Assembly: GCF_011386835.1 (NCBI RefSeq)
Contig: NC_088802.1
Coordinates: 56,854,001-56,918,000 of the forward strand
Length of the DNA: 64,000 nt
Direction: 5' to 3'
Origin: Chrysemys picta bellii
Taxonomy: Eukaryota
Under the pieces are notes generated by a model that saw nothing but the letters and a program-made list of their open reading frames with translations, did no database searches and had not been told where the DNA came from. The position numbers and the translations under genes were made by a program. Below, piece after piece: positions 11,986 to 25,160 of this stretch; the first letter of the stretch is position 1, and each line of letters starts with the position of its first letter.

Positions 11986-14211
11986 GAAGGGCTCTGGCCC
12001 TCAGAGCACAGCCCGGCCTGGGGCCTGGGACTCTCCTGGCTGGCTGAGTGCCGGCATGGTGGCCAGGGACAGGGCAGCGTGTGCAGGAGTGGCCCCCTGC
12101 CAAGACAGCACGGCCACCTGGCCACGCCGAGGCACAGACTTCCTGGAGGGCCAGGTGATTTGCTTGCCGCGATTTGCATGTGCAGCAGGACGGCTCTGCT
12201 GCCCTGGGGATCAGGAGGCTCTGCTGGGGCAGCCTGCGGCCAGACTAGCGGTGCCCCTCTTCTTTGGGAGGCAGGTTCCTAGCAGGGACATGGGGCCTAA
12301 TGCGGCCCACATCTCCCTCCTCCATTGCAGCCCCTCCAGTTACGGACAAGTGACCAGCACTCTTCAGCTTGCCCCAAACGCGCCACGGTCCCCAGCAGAC
12401 ACGTACGTTCAGCACCATCCCAGACAGCAGGGAGCTCGGCCTGAACCCACCACCACGCCAGGCAGTCTGCTGCACTGGGAGAGCCGCTTCTAGCCAGTCG
12501 GGGGGGGTGGGGGGGCACAGCAATGGGAGGGAAGGAGGGAGGCTGTGAAAGGAAGGGGGCTGGGAGTCAGGATATGACATGGCTCAGTGGGGTTTGGGGA
12601 GGCTGCTTTATTTTGCTTTGCACTTTCCGTCATTACTGGAAACAAACAGCTGGCAGGGTCTCTGCAGACCTGCCTGCTGGGAAGTCATAGTCCTCCCCCC
12701 ACCCCCGTCCCCTTTCCAGGATGCTAACTGCTAGGCTTGGCCTCACCGGGACTGCTTTATAGCTTCCCCTAGGAACCGAGTTGCTGCAGCTGCCCTCTAC
12801 CTGCCAGGCTTCCAGCGAACAGCAGCAGGTCCCGGCTTGACAAAGCCATCCTGGGGCAGGTGTGTCAGGGGCCAGCGTCTCCCACTGACCCTGTGGTGGA
12901 TCATTAACTCCCCAGCCACCCCTGAGCATTCCTGAGCGATTCCATGCCCGGGGGGCCCCTGGTCTGTGCTCCACGCACACCCACCACAGCTCGGTGCCTG
13001 CCCTTCCAGGGCTCTGCGGGGCTCCCCCCCCTGCAGGGCAGGTGTGGGGGGGAAGCGCTCCCCCTTTCCATGCTCTCAGCACAGGCCCTTCCCTGAAGCG
13101 CTGCTGGCTGGGGCATCCAGCGGAGAGGAGGCTGTGCAGGCTGCACCCTGTCCATTAATATCGGCTGATTTATCGAAATCCAAGGGCTGGGGCTGCCAGC
13201 ACCTCCTGCCAAACCTCATTAACAGCTGGCCAGGGAGCAAGGCAAACAGCCTGCCCAGCAACAAGGAAATCCTTGTTTAAGCGTTTCTGGAGACACATTG
13301 CCCTTTCCCTCGTGTCCTGAGGAGGAGAGCGAGTCCCTGGCCAGGTGTTCCCGGCCCCCAGTACCCTGCCAGCCCATGTGCCCGCTGCCCACCACCAGGC
13401 ACAGGGAATGAGGTGCAGAGAGATGGACTGGGGGACAGGATGGACTCAGACTTCACCAGCCCACAGAGCAGGGGCTGCTCCTCGGGGGTGGGGAGCAGCC
13501 ACCTGAGGGAAGGGTAGGCTGCAGACAGGAGGCTATTCGCTATTGTTCTGCGTGCTTTTCCTCTCAGGAACTGACCTCCAGGTGCCCCAGCGGACTGTGC
13601 TTGGCTGGGAGGCCGGTGGCACTCTGGAAGCGATGCCCGATTTACTGGGATCGAAGCTTTGGGTTTTGTTAGCAGCTGCTTGGTTCCAAGGCTTTGGGAG
13701 GGCAGCGATGCAGCAGCCGCCCCTCCCACTAGGAACCGAGAGCTCCCAGACGCCCTCCCCAAGTCAGCGGAGAAAACACCCAGTAAACTCCAGAAGGCCA
13801 GGCCAGGCCAGACGCCCAGAATTCCCCAGTGACAACAGTCCCAAACCTTCCGGCGTTTTTGTATGACAAATCCAAACCAGGGTGCAGGGCTCAAGCTCCC
13901 CGCTCCAGGCACTAACTCAGGCAGGCTGGAGAGCTCCGTGCCAGCAAAGAGCAGCTCCCCGCCAGCAGGGATGCTACGCTCAGCCGCACCGAGTGCCCAG
14001 CATTCCCCCACACGACTAGCTCAGAGCCCTTTCCCTGCAGTGACCTAAAGGGGCTTTCATCCTGGGGAGGCACAAAATGGGGGACCCCTCCGTGTACCAG
14101 CTGCAGAGGCTCCTGTGCTTTTCTGCCCGCCTCAATGGAAGGATTGTGTTTCCTGCCCACACAGAGATTCCACTCAGACAAAGAGCCACTGCCCACTTGT
14201 GCTGCTTTCCC

Positions 14212-14650
14212 CAGGGCAGACGCGCCAAGCGGCACGGCCTCGGGCCCCCAGTCCGGCTGGATCCCACACACCGCAGGGCAGACGCGCCAAGCGGCACGGC
14301 CTCGGGCCCCCAGCCCGGCTGGATCCCACACACCGCAGGGCAGACGCGCCAAGCGGCACGGCCTCGGGCCCCCAGCCCGGCTGGATCCCACACACCGCAG
14401 GGCAGACGCGCCAAGCGGCACGGCCTCGGGCCCCCAGCCCGGCTGGATCCCACACACCGCAGGGCAGACGCGCCAAGCGGCACGGCCTCGGGCCCCCAGC
14501 CCGGCTGGATCCCACACACCGCAGGGCAGACGCGCCAAGCGGCACGGCCTCGGGCCCCCAGCCCGGCTGGATCCCACACACCGCAGGGCAGGCGCGCCAA
14601 GCGGCACGGCCTCAGGCCCCCAGCCCGGCTGGATCCCATATACCCCAGGG
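14212..14650. repeat. Near-perfect 62-bp VNTR, 7 copies
   Basis: Unit cagggcagacgcgccaagcggcacggcctcgggcccccagcccggctggatcccacacaccg; CGCG recurs at 14221, 14283, 14345, 14407, 14469, 14531, 14593. Confidence 0.97.
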
Positions 14651-17599
14651 CAAGGAGCGGAACAAGAGCACAAGAGAATTCCCTGTGATCAATAGAGACA
14701 CCCAGGGCTGCCCATTGAACCATGGCTGGGAAGTGACCTGGGGTGATTCTGCCAGCAGGGAGGCTCTGAACTGGTCTGGAGACGCCCACAGTCCCCATCC
14801 TCGGGTCAGTAAAGAGCCAGGTGCGGGGCAGTGGAATCAATTTGGTTTCCACTAGGAAATTCACGTGTCTAAAAGCAGAACGCGTAACCCAAAGGCCTCT
14901 CTGCCAAGAAACCCAGCGCTGGAAACAGGGCGAGCAGAGGCAGAGGCGCGTTGGCTAATTGCCGTTCCTGAGCCGCTCCAGGGTCTTTGCAGGCCTGAGG
15001 CTTTCCCCGCAGCGCTAGCACAGGGGATGAGGCGCTTCCCTGGGAACGAGGAGGGGAGAAGCAGCAGCTGTGTGAGCATGGCCCAGGACGCTGCTGCCGG
15101 GCCTGTTTCCAGCAGAAAACGAGCCCCTCGTGGAGAGGAGGCTTGCACCAGCCAGTGCCTGAAAGCCTGCTCCTGGCCTGCCCCTTGAGGAGCCCTGGTT
15201 CAAATAGCCCGGCACACACACCGCTCATTGGCCACGTGCTCCCTCGTGCTGGGCTGCTGCTGCCCTCCAGACACGCTGCTCTCTGCGCAGCTGGGGCAGC
15301 CGGGCCCCAGGCCCCTAGCGCACCTCCCCTGCAGCCAGGGTTGCTGTGTACACGTGTGGCTCTGGTAACAATTCATCTCTGCACACTCATCCCACAAAGA
15401 TAATCTCCTCTTCCAACACGCAGGAGGGTAACCAGCCTGTCCCTGATGGACACGATGCCGGGAAGTCATGTGACTTGCCACACAGCTCTAATGAATGGGG
15501 CTGGGGAGGGAGTGGAGATGCCGTAGAGGAATCCCTGCCAGCCCGAGCTCTCGTGCACAGCCACCCTCGCATCGCCGGGACAGCTTCAGCTTCCCTGCCC
15601 CGGGCCTCTGTTCTTCCAAGCCCCTGGTGCACAAGGTGGCTGGTCGGACCCTGCTGCCCCAGGGAACTCAGAGCACAGCCGCGCTACACTCACTGAGCTC
15701 CCCCAGCCAGCTGCACCCCACTGGCCCTTGGGGGAGGAGGGGGGCTGGGGGCTCTGTCCCCCTTGCCGTGGAGGCACCAGCAGGCAGTGCGAGATTAATG
15801 CAATCTCAGAGCTCCCCTCGCCCCATACCGGACAGCAATCATCAGCACAATCACTTTCCAGCAACCCATGTAGAATGGGCCCCCTGCCAGAGCCACTGAC
15901 CTGGCCATCTGCTGGGCCCACAGGGCCAGACTTTGACCTGACAGCAGGAGAAAGGCAGCTAACTGGATACTGGGATGGTGAACAGGGAGGACTGACTGGC
16001 AGATGGATGCCTGAGGCTGCGATCTCAGCAGCCGAGCAGGGCTGGGCTGGGTCAGTACAGAGCACGCCGGAAGGGGAGGCCGTGATTCAGCAGGTGGCAT
16101 GCTTACCTCACAGCCAGAACTAACTTGCTGCCCACGATGTGGCACTAGGGGCTACCATGCCACACAGGGTACCAGTTCCTGGGGGACATCCCCCCAGCCT
16201 GATTGCCTGCTCACTATGGATCCCAGGCACTTTAACAAGAGTCAGTGTTTGCTCCAGTACCCTTTCTGCCCACTAACCCCAGGCAGTCTCCACTGGCTAC
16301 AGGAGTCTTCATTTCCCACCCTCAGCCATTGGTGCGTGGTCCAGTTATTAACAGGCAGATGTGTTCCACCCCAGAGGTGGCAGGGAGGCAAGCCCTGTGC
16401 TTATTTATTCTGTGAATTTTACACTCCCGTTGCCATGCCAGATGGGCACCCAGCACAGACTCAAGGTTACACAGAGAATTAAACAGCCCACAGGCGCTGG
16501 CACAGAGACCCCATGAAAAACACCTCTCCAGCAGCGGCCCGGGGCAAAGCAGTGCATGGCCAGCAGCCGTGTCCACTGGCCCAGACTGGGTGGCTACAGG
16601 GAGTGCCCAGGCAGGGTCGAGCCCAGAGCGCCGGTGCCCCATCTCTCCGCAGCACATGGAGAGGGGCCTACGCTCACATTCAGCGACATCCGTCCACCCC
16701 CTCGTGTGGCTCAGGATTTATTTTATCATCTTCGGAAAAGCATTTACTGCCAATGAACAGCAAATTAATTCTCCTCAAAGACCTCTCAATTATTCATCCC
16801 AGGCCACAGAGAAAACAATTACAGCACTTCCCTCGGGCTGCTGAGACTCTCCGCCAGCCGGCCACGGGCTGCAGTGCAAACTCCACCTTGCCCAGTCCTG
16901 CAGCTCTCCCCGTGAGCGGGGACACCCACATCATCACCCGGCTGTACGGGTGAGCTGCCACCCGGAGCTACAGAACATTGAGCACCTGCCCAGGTGGGGT
17001 TTATCCCCAGGGGAACATCCCTGACTCTGCAGGGTGATGCCATCCCTGCAGCCTTCCCTCTCGCAGCATCACGCCCAGCTTCCCCCAGGGGCTTGGAATG
17101 GAAAGTCAGTTCCACATACTCCCCCGCCTCACTGCCACCCCAGCAAACCCCGCCCCCCCAGAGAAAGGCAGATCCTCCTGGAGCTCCCCCTCCTGGCTAG
17201 AGGTGGCCCTGCAGGCCCTACAGCCTCAGTTTCCCCATCATAAGGTTTCTCGTGAACTCCATCTTTGCTCATTGATTCAGTAATGTCCTTACTCCAGGCT
17301 CATTTGTTAACATCAATGCTTCCAAACAATCGGACTCACAAAGTCTGCTCCATCACCATAATACAGACGCTGGGCTCTTCTTTAGCCTGCCTCTCCAATC
17401 AGAGTGACTGGTTCCCCGGAGGCCACTAGTCAACTCAAAGCCCAGACACAGAGTATGAAACAAACAGCATCTGCCGTGCCAGCCGTGGGCGTAAGCTCTT
17501 CGTCCCGCTGGCTTCTCCCAGGGTTAGCCCCTGGCAGCTCAGCGTTAGCCCCTTGGCTCGCAAAGGGAGCATCCACACTTCCCTCTGCTGCTCCCTGAG

Positions 17600-18400
17600 G
17601 CCACATACCCTGTTCCTTCCTCCCAGGAAAGGCTGGCAGGGACCGCCGGGTGCTCCCTGTTCTCGAGATGGGGCCTCTCGCCCTCCTTGTTACAGCAGAG
17701 GATGGTTCTGGTGTAGCCCAGACCTGGAGACCCGCCTAGACTATAGCCAGAGGAACAGGTGGACCCCCTGGCGCCCGGCCAGCGCATGCACTGCCCACCC
17801 TGCATCTCCTCCGTTGAGTACTCCAGGAGGTGAGGGCAGCCATGACCCCACTTCTCTAGCACATCTCAAGCAGGTTGTGTGGGAGGGCATTCCCTCTCCA
17901 CTCCTCACCCCCCGAATATTGTCACTGGGCCCCTGTCCCGTGACCCTCCCTGGCCATCCCTGACATGCCACCTGCGTCAGCTGAACAACATCCTCTACCA
18001 GTCTGCCTGTGCACCCCTCCCTTTCCTCGCCCCCTGCCCAACACCTGGCGGGAGGAGGTGCTGCTATCAGCAGAGGGTGGGGAGCCCCGGGGGGGCAGCC
18101 TGTACTGCACTCCGGTTCCACGGCCCAGTGGGAATATTAGCTGGCGGCTGCTCCATGGAGCTGTGAGCATGGGCGCGTATGTGGCACGGTTCACGGAATC
18201 TCCTGAGGCCTGTCCCTCCTGCGGGGAGAGGGAGACTCTGGCGCTCAGAGTGTGGCAGGCTGCAGCCCCTCTTCCAGCTTCTCCAGAACCCCTCACTGAG
18301 ATTGTGGCTGCACCACTCCCCCCACCTCCCCATTTACACGTCCCACAAGGTCATGAGACCTCTCGCCAGTGAGCAAAGACGGCCATCCCTCACACCAGGA
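17600..18400 (+). mobile_element. Decayed Tx1-clade L1 ORF2 C-terminal fragment
   Basis: Frameshifted translation GNISWRLLHGAVSMGAYVARFTESPEACPSCGERETLA then RLQPLFQLLQNPSLRLWLHHSPHL, matching the Cys-rich zf-RVT region of Tx1-type LINEs; boundaries approximate. Confidence 0.65.
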
Positions 18401-20166
18401 GGGGGAGGCTGGAGGGGGCTTGGGGCCTGTGGGGCCTGGGTAAGTCACAGCTCTGGCGGACTGCCTCTGGGCAGTGCCTGCTGACTCTGGCACCTCAGAG
18501 GAGCAGTGGGCGCTGCCCAGGCTTCTCTGCTCCGTATCCCCCCCAGGTCCCTGATTTCAACCTCTGACCCTCACTCCCATTTCCAGTTTTTCATCTGTTG
18601 CCCCAAGAGTTCATTTCGGCCTGGGTTCTGCGGTTCCTCCCCTTGGCTGAGGGACCGGCCCTTCAGTTCTGGCTGGGCCTAGACCCGCCCGTCCCACCAG
18701 CCACTCGTTCTAGGTCCGAGCCCTGAGCTTTCCCAGGGGCTCTGAGCAGCTGGGAGCGGACTCACCACAAGGACATCAGCAAGCCCTGTCCCACTAGCCT
18801 CTTCCCTGCAGCTCTGGGTGACGACTGTGACTGCTCCGGATTTACTCTGCTCCCTCCCCAGCTCCCCCACCCAGGGCTGGGACAAGCAGCTGGCTTGGGG
18901 AGGGCCAGAGAGACAGACCTGTTGCATCTCTTAAGATGAGCAAGGTTCCCACAAGGCAAGGTACCAACAACAACCCTGCTTCCCAGCGCCAGACCGGCTG
19001 CTGCTCTCCCCGGCTGGCTCGCAGGCTCTGCCCGGCGCCGAGGGGTTAAGCAACACGCCGGGTCCCCACCCCCACACACTAGACAGCTGGGGGACGGGCC
19101 TGTCGGGAAGCCTGGATTTCTGCAGTGGTTTTACTGGAAAAGTTGTTGCCGAAGGTGGGGGGGTCACCATGGCAACGCCAGCAGCAGTGACAGGTTAGCT
19201 GGTGGTGTCCTTCCCTCCCAAAGCTCTGGCCCCAGCAGCAGGGAGGGAGACATTGGCTCCTCCACAGGGGCCCGGGGGAGCCAGGCACACAGGCAACAGG
19301 ACGGGACACGGGGCAGTTAGCTGGGCCGGGGCACTCCACAGCCCCCCTTCACAGGGATCTCCAGGCAGGCCTAGCCCCCCCCACACCCCAAAGCTGCAGC
19401 AGCCCTCACACCTAGTCCGGGCAACGCCAATGGCCGATGTAACAGTCAGCAAATGCTGCCCATGCCCCACTGCTCCGGGACCTCCCACACCCTCTCCCAT
19501 CTGCAAGTGGCAGAGGGACAGATAGCCGGGTCCTGCCCCCTCCCCCCATGCCATCCTCCATCCCACATCCAAATAAACTCACTTCCCCCACCCTCATCCC
19601 TGCCTCTGCACCTCCGCCCAGCTCCATGCCCTGCCATCGGCTCCCTCTGGCCCAGGCCCTGCGCCAGTCCCACTGCTGCCCCCACAGCTAGCCCCAGAGC
19701 CTCCCCCCAAACTGGTGCTCCCACTCATCAGAATCCATGCCAGAGCCACCATTTTGGAGTGTCCCTCCCTGGGCAGGCAGCAGGGACCAGCGCATGGCTC
19801 TTTCTAAACTAGCTTCCAGCCCGCCGCAAACAATGGCACAGCCTGCCCCAGGCACGTGTTGTGTGGCCAAACATCCCTGAGCACGGCCCCCGAGCAGGTA
19901 TTCCTCTGCCAGTGCCATCTGCGCCTCCCCCTGCTATTCGGGGGCCCCACCCTCCTATGTAACTGAGTCAGGCATGGGGCCCCCTCACTGCCCCACGGCC
20001 ACAGCTGATGCAATCGCATGGGTTGCATGTGTCTAACCCTGCCCCTGGCCAACAGCCCCCACCTTTACAGGGCTCCTAGGGAACCCACACTCACCAGTCC
20101 TGCAATGCCTTTGCAAAAGCCCATCACATTTGAGCATGCCTAGAAGTGGCTGGTTGTTGTAGGAGT

Positions 20167-21340
20167 TGTCATAGGATAACAGGGAAGGTCCTCTCATGGA
20201 CTGGTAACTGGTTAAAAAATAGGAAACAAAGAGTAGGAATAAATGGTCAGTTTTCAGAATGGAGAGAGGTAAATAGTGGTGTCCCCCAGGGGTCTGTACT
20301 GGGCCCAGTCCTATTTAACCTATCCATAAATTATCTGGAAAAGGGGGTAAACAGTGAGGTGGCAAAATTTGCAGATGATACAAAACTACTCAAGATAGGT
20401 AAGTCCCAGGCAGACTGCGAAGAGCTACAAAGGGATCTCACAAAACTGGGTGACTGGGCTACAAACTGGCAGATGAAATTCAATGTTGATAAATGCAAAG
20501 TAATGCACATTGGAAAACATAATCCCAACAATACATATAACTGTCACCACTCAAGAAAGAGATCTTGGAATCATTGTGGATAGTTCTCTGAAACCATCTA
20601 CTCAATGTGCAGTGGGCGTGGAAGTCAAAAAAGTGAACAGAATGTTGGGAATCATTAAGAAGGGGATAGATAAGACAGAAAATATCATGTTGCCTCTATA
20701 TAAATCCATGGTACACCCACATCTTGAATACTGCCTGCAGATGTGGTTGCCCCATCTCAAAAAAGATATATTGGAATTGGAAAAGGTTCAGAAAAGGGCA
20801 ACAAAAATGATGAAGGGTATGGAACAGCTGCCATATGAGGAGAGATTAAGAAGACGGACTTTTCAGCTTGGAAAAGAGATGACTAAAGGGGATATGATAG
20901 AGGTCTATACAATCATGACTGGTGTGGAGAAAATAAATAAGGAAGTGTTATTTACTCCTTCTCATAACACAAGAACTAGGGGTCTCCAAATGAAATTAAT
21001 AGTCCGCAAATTTAAAACAAACTGAAGGAAGTATTTCTTCACAAAACGCACAGTCAACCTGTGGATGTTCTGAAGTCCAAGACTATAACAGGGTTCAAAA
21101 AAGAACTATGTAAGTTCATGGAGGATAGGTCCATCAATGGCTATTAGCCAGGATGGGCAAAGATGGTGTCCCTAGCCTCTGTTTGCCAGAAGCTGGGAAT
21201 GGGCGACAGGGGATGGATCACTTGATGATTAACTGTTCTGTTCATTCCCTCTGGGGCACCTGGCATTGGCCACTGTCGGCAGACAGGATACTGGGCTAGA
21301 TGGACCTTTGGTCTGACCCAGTGTGGCCATTATTATGTTC
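20167..21340 (+). mobile_element. 5'-truncated CR1 LINE (RT 3' part plus 3' UTR), degenerate
   Basis: GVPQGSVLGPVLF, KFADDTKL, WQMKFNVDKCKVMHIG, PLYKSMVHPHLEYC, LEKVQKRATKM; frameshifts and an internal deletion near 20550; CR1-type 3' end ending ccattattatgttc. Confidence 0.95.
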
Positions 21341-21480
21341 GTCTGAGTTTTCTACCCCACCCTGTAGGGATTGCAGCCACTGGGCATGCTCCACTGCTGT
21401 TGGGAAATATAGTTTGTTTCCATAGCCTCCTCTTGCTGTGGGCCACTGAGCAGATTTGTCCACCTACTCCGGCCTCTCTC

Positions 21481-21664
21481 AGCCCCACAGCGCTCTCTCC
21501 GGCCTGCCCTGGGCTCTCCCAGCCCCACAGCGCTCTCTCCAGCCCGCCCTGACCTCTCCCAGCCCCACAGCGCTCTCTCCGGCCTGCCCTGGGCTCTCCC
21601 AGCCCCACAGCGCTCTCTCCAGCCCGCCCTGACCTCTCCCAGCCCCACAGCGCTCTCTCCGGCC
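21481..21664. repeat. 40-bp tandem repeat with alternating A/B variants
   Basis: agccccacagcgctctctcc followed alternately by ggcctgccctgggctctccc (A) or agcccgccctgacctctccc (B); order A-B-A-B-partial A. Confidence 0.95.
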
Positions 21665-21879
21665 AGCCCCACTCTAGCTCTGCCTATCTCTGCAAGATTC
21701 TTCACAGAAAATCAACACTTTTTAGAATTACCCCCACAGCTGAAGGATGAATTAGGCAGCACAATTCATAAATGCACTTTATTTAGGTCTTTACTTCCAA
21801 CTTAGTTATTCGCATATTAGAAGACATCTGACAATGAAAACCATAAATACCAATACAGGTCTGTTTTTAGAAAACAAAA

Positions 21880-23810
21880 AGAAAAAGACATTTTTATTAT
21901 AAACTGCCTCCAAAGATCCTAAGCAGCAGAAATGATCATTTGTAAACTTCCTGATCAACCCCCGCAGACTGAAGTAGAAACACAATAACTGCATGTCAAT
22001 TCTGGGCTGAATCTGTTCTTGTGTCAAGGTTTAAATCAGGAAAACGAGTTGTGCAGTACCACTGAAGGAGTAGCTAATATTTCCAGAGAAACTTGAAACC
22101 AGCTCAACTGAAGACCCTGTCAGATGAGCTACAGATCAACAAAGCCAAAGATCCTATAAATGATCTGAAACCCCCCCCCCAAAACAACCATAGACTCTGT
22201 AGATTAACTTGAAAGGAGCAAAACCAAAGGCCCTGTAGATGAGCAGGTCCACAATGAAGCAGGTCAAAGCAGTCTTCCTGCTGAAACGGGTCTGAAGTTC
22301 TCATCTGATAAGATTCAGCTTTATCACCTGAGCAATCGTGTATGCTTGTACAGCTGGCCCTTGCCAGCCCACTGAGAGTGGTGTGTCGAAAAGACAGTTT
22401 CCTTTTCTTCCTACAAACTGCCATTTTTCATCTGCATTTTACAGACTGAAACATGCACTGCATGACGATTTGCATGTCATGTGGCTAGATCCTCAGATTA
22501 TGCATCCTGTCACATTTGTTGGTTGCTCAGGGATACAGAAACTTGAAAAATCAACCTGGGTACCAGGTTTCAATGACTGGAAGAATATGCACAAGTCAAT
22601 GTCTGTTCATGGGAGGAGCATTCGCATGTGGCCGCTCTGCCGTTCGTTCGCGAAGGGTCACGGTATCGGTGCATGTTTGGATACACAAACACCTGACAAG
22701 ATTAGGAAATGGCAAGAAATACTACAAACATTGCTTGACCTTGTCAAAACTCGAGCTAGTTTAGGTCTCCCCTTCCATGGCTAGCCCGTAAAGTGCTGGA
22801 GAGCAACAATTGGGGCATTTACTTGAGCATCTTTAAGCTATTTGCTGGACATAATCCAACTTTTGCCCAATCAAGCAGGGTTAGTCAATAGACGGACCGG
22901 GCCCACCAGACGCTTTTAAACAGACCCTGAAATCTTTTTATTTACTTATTATCATCATTATTGGGTTTTTTTATTAGTATTATTTTCTCTGGAATCTGGA
23001 CCTTGACTAGACCTGGACCAAGAAATTTGGACCTTGACAAAAATATAATTTACTACCTCTGGATGTATCAGTGACACCAAGAGAATCAAATACTTGAGCA
23101 AGACATTACTGATGAACTTATAAATTGCTTAGCATCAGAAGCCAGGAGGCACATACTTAATAGCGGCAAAGAAGCTACATTTTTTATTGTCATTGCAGAT
23201 GCAACCGTGGATATTAGCCATGCGGATCAAATGGCCATTGTGCTTTGATTTCCTATTTGGTTTCAAAATGGTTCCTCTATCCCAGGCAATTTCAAAATAT
23301 AACTTTAGAAGAGGCAAAGAAGGAAGTTCTTAAACTCATGAGGAAATACTCATCTTCTTCTTTAGACTTGGTTTATGAGATTTTGTCTTTCAAGATGTGT
23401 TATTTACAAAGGACACAGAAGGGATCAGTTTGTCACTGGGCGTCCAGAGCTACTTGAATTTCAGTGTCAGGTTCTCTTGATGATGTTTTTCCAGCAATGG
23501 AAGCGTTGTGTTGACTGTTTCTCACCATTCCAGTTGGAGTGGCTAGTGCTGAACATACAAAGAGCACATTAAGACGTGTAAAAGCCATGTGTGCTCAGCA
23601 CTGTCACAGACACGGCTGAGTGACCTTGCTCTAGTCTCCTTGCAGCTGAGAAAGACGAGACAGCAAGGTTGGAGCAGGGGGGCATCGCTGAACAATTTGC
23701 CAAGTGGTGTGAGGTTCCAATAACCGGAAATACACAAGCCAGCACAATCCGGTTTAGATTCCGTTTTTATTGTGATGTTTGTTTTATGTTTATTTTTAAC
23801 ATTTTATGTT
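21880..23810 (+). mobile_element. Fossil hAT DNA transposon (ZMYM1/Tip100-like transposase pseudogene)
   Basis: AT-rich island with broken translations GPCQP...FP (TTF-type Zn finger), GFNDWKNM...KWQEIL...LGLPFHG (DUF4371-like), IADATVDISHADQ (catalytic Asp region), TIPVGVASAEH...RLSDLAL (hATC dimerisation). Multiple stops and frameshifts; TIRs not found. Confidence 0.8.
22876..23061. mobile_element. MITE inserted into the fossil hAT transposase
   Basis: Imperfect TIR CAGGGTTAGTCAAT ... AATTTACTACCTCTG interrupts the transposase reading frame; no clear TSD. Confidence 0.5.
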
Positions 23811-25160
23811 TCAGAAGCCTCAGGTGCTGTGACATGCTGCCTGTCTGCTGACCAGGCACCTGGGGCTAGTTCAGGACGTGGGCTTTGCCATCGCACTGCT
23901 GATGCTTCAGGACTTCCCAGATAGGAACGGGGGGTGGGGGAGTGAGCCGCCTGCTGCTCCGTATGTGGATAACTTGGAGGCGATAGCCCTTCTCTCTGCC
24001 CCAGTCCTGGGAGCTGATGATGGGGGTGCCCAGGCCAAGTCACTTCTTACCAGGGCAGGCATGCTGCAGACCTTTGTCCTTTGTCCAGTCCTTTGTCCCT
24101 TCCAGCCGTGCATTCATGGAGTGGCATGGGGGGGCGGGGTTGCACAGCCATTCGCTATGGAACTATTTCACTTCCAGTTTCAAGGACTCTCCGTCCCGTA
24201 GCTCTGGTGCAGGTCTGGCTGGCTCTTTCCAGCCTCACACCAATTAATCCTGTGGATTTCTGCAGTTACTGGCAGCTGTTATCAGTGGCCCTTTGCCATA
24301 TCCTAGCTGGTTGCTGGCCCACAGACCACCAGGGTTTGAACTGCTTTTTATGAGCTGAAGCAGCTGGCTCGCAGACCAGGGAGACGGCTGGGAACCGGGA
24401 CTCCAAGCATCCTCTTAACAGGAGTGCCATGTGGGCATGCCAGAGCGCCTGGCCTGAGGCCAAGAGACTGCAGCCATTTCTCCAGAGCGGTCTCTGCAAT
24501 GAGGCTGGTCCATTCTTTCAGGCCAGGGGCTGGGCTGCTCTCACTGGCTCTGGTGAATGCAAGAGCCTTGGGGGCTGGGATTCTGCCCCGCTGGGTTTGT
24601 CGTTGGGGCCGTTCCTGAGAAGGATGCCCAGCGCGTTTGGGTCCCCTAAAGGCCACCATCTGCCACCCAAGCCCTGCCCCTCCCCCTCCAGCTGTGTACA
24701 GCCAGCAGCACGGCTCTGGGCCCTGTGGGTGGGCATTGCTAATGCCTCACCTAGGCAGGGCAGGGGGCAGCCTCACTTCCCCAGGCAGAGGTGCCAGCCC
24801 TCCTGCGTGAGGCTCCCACACAGCTCCCAGCCCACAGCCCCGGCTGGCTCAGTCTCTGCTCCGGCGGGTTGCTGGCTGCCTGCCTTATCCTGCCTTCCTG
24901 GGGCTGAGCCGTCTCACGCTGGGATGGGGTCCCAGAAGAGGATCTCTCCCTGAATTCCCAGCCATGCCCTCTCCTTGGAAGCCTCGTGTCACAGCATTTT
25001 CCCAACACAGCACCAGCCTGTCCTTCCAGCTACAGCACCACCAGGCCAGGGTACCGCAGTGCCCAGCCGGGCTCCTCGGCCACCTGACCTCAGCCTGCCA
25101 GCAGCACTGGTGGCCTTGCTCCTGCCCAGTGAATTTGATGCTGGCTGCCTCTGACGTGCC

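Noticed and set aside
14212-14650. CRISPR-like regular array
   Set aside because: Head-to-tail identical 62-bp units without unique spacers, no cas genes, vertebrate context.
20146-21025. Two reverse-transcriptase-like ORFs as an active element or domesticated gene
   Set aside because: 5'-truncated, frameshifted and internally deleted ordinary CR1 copy.
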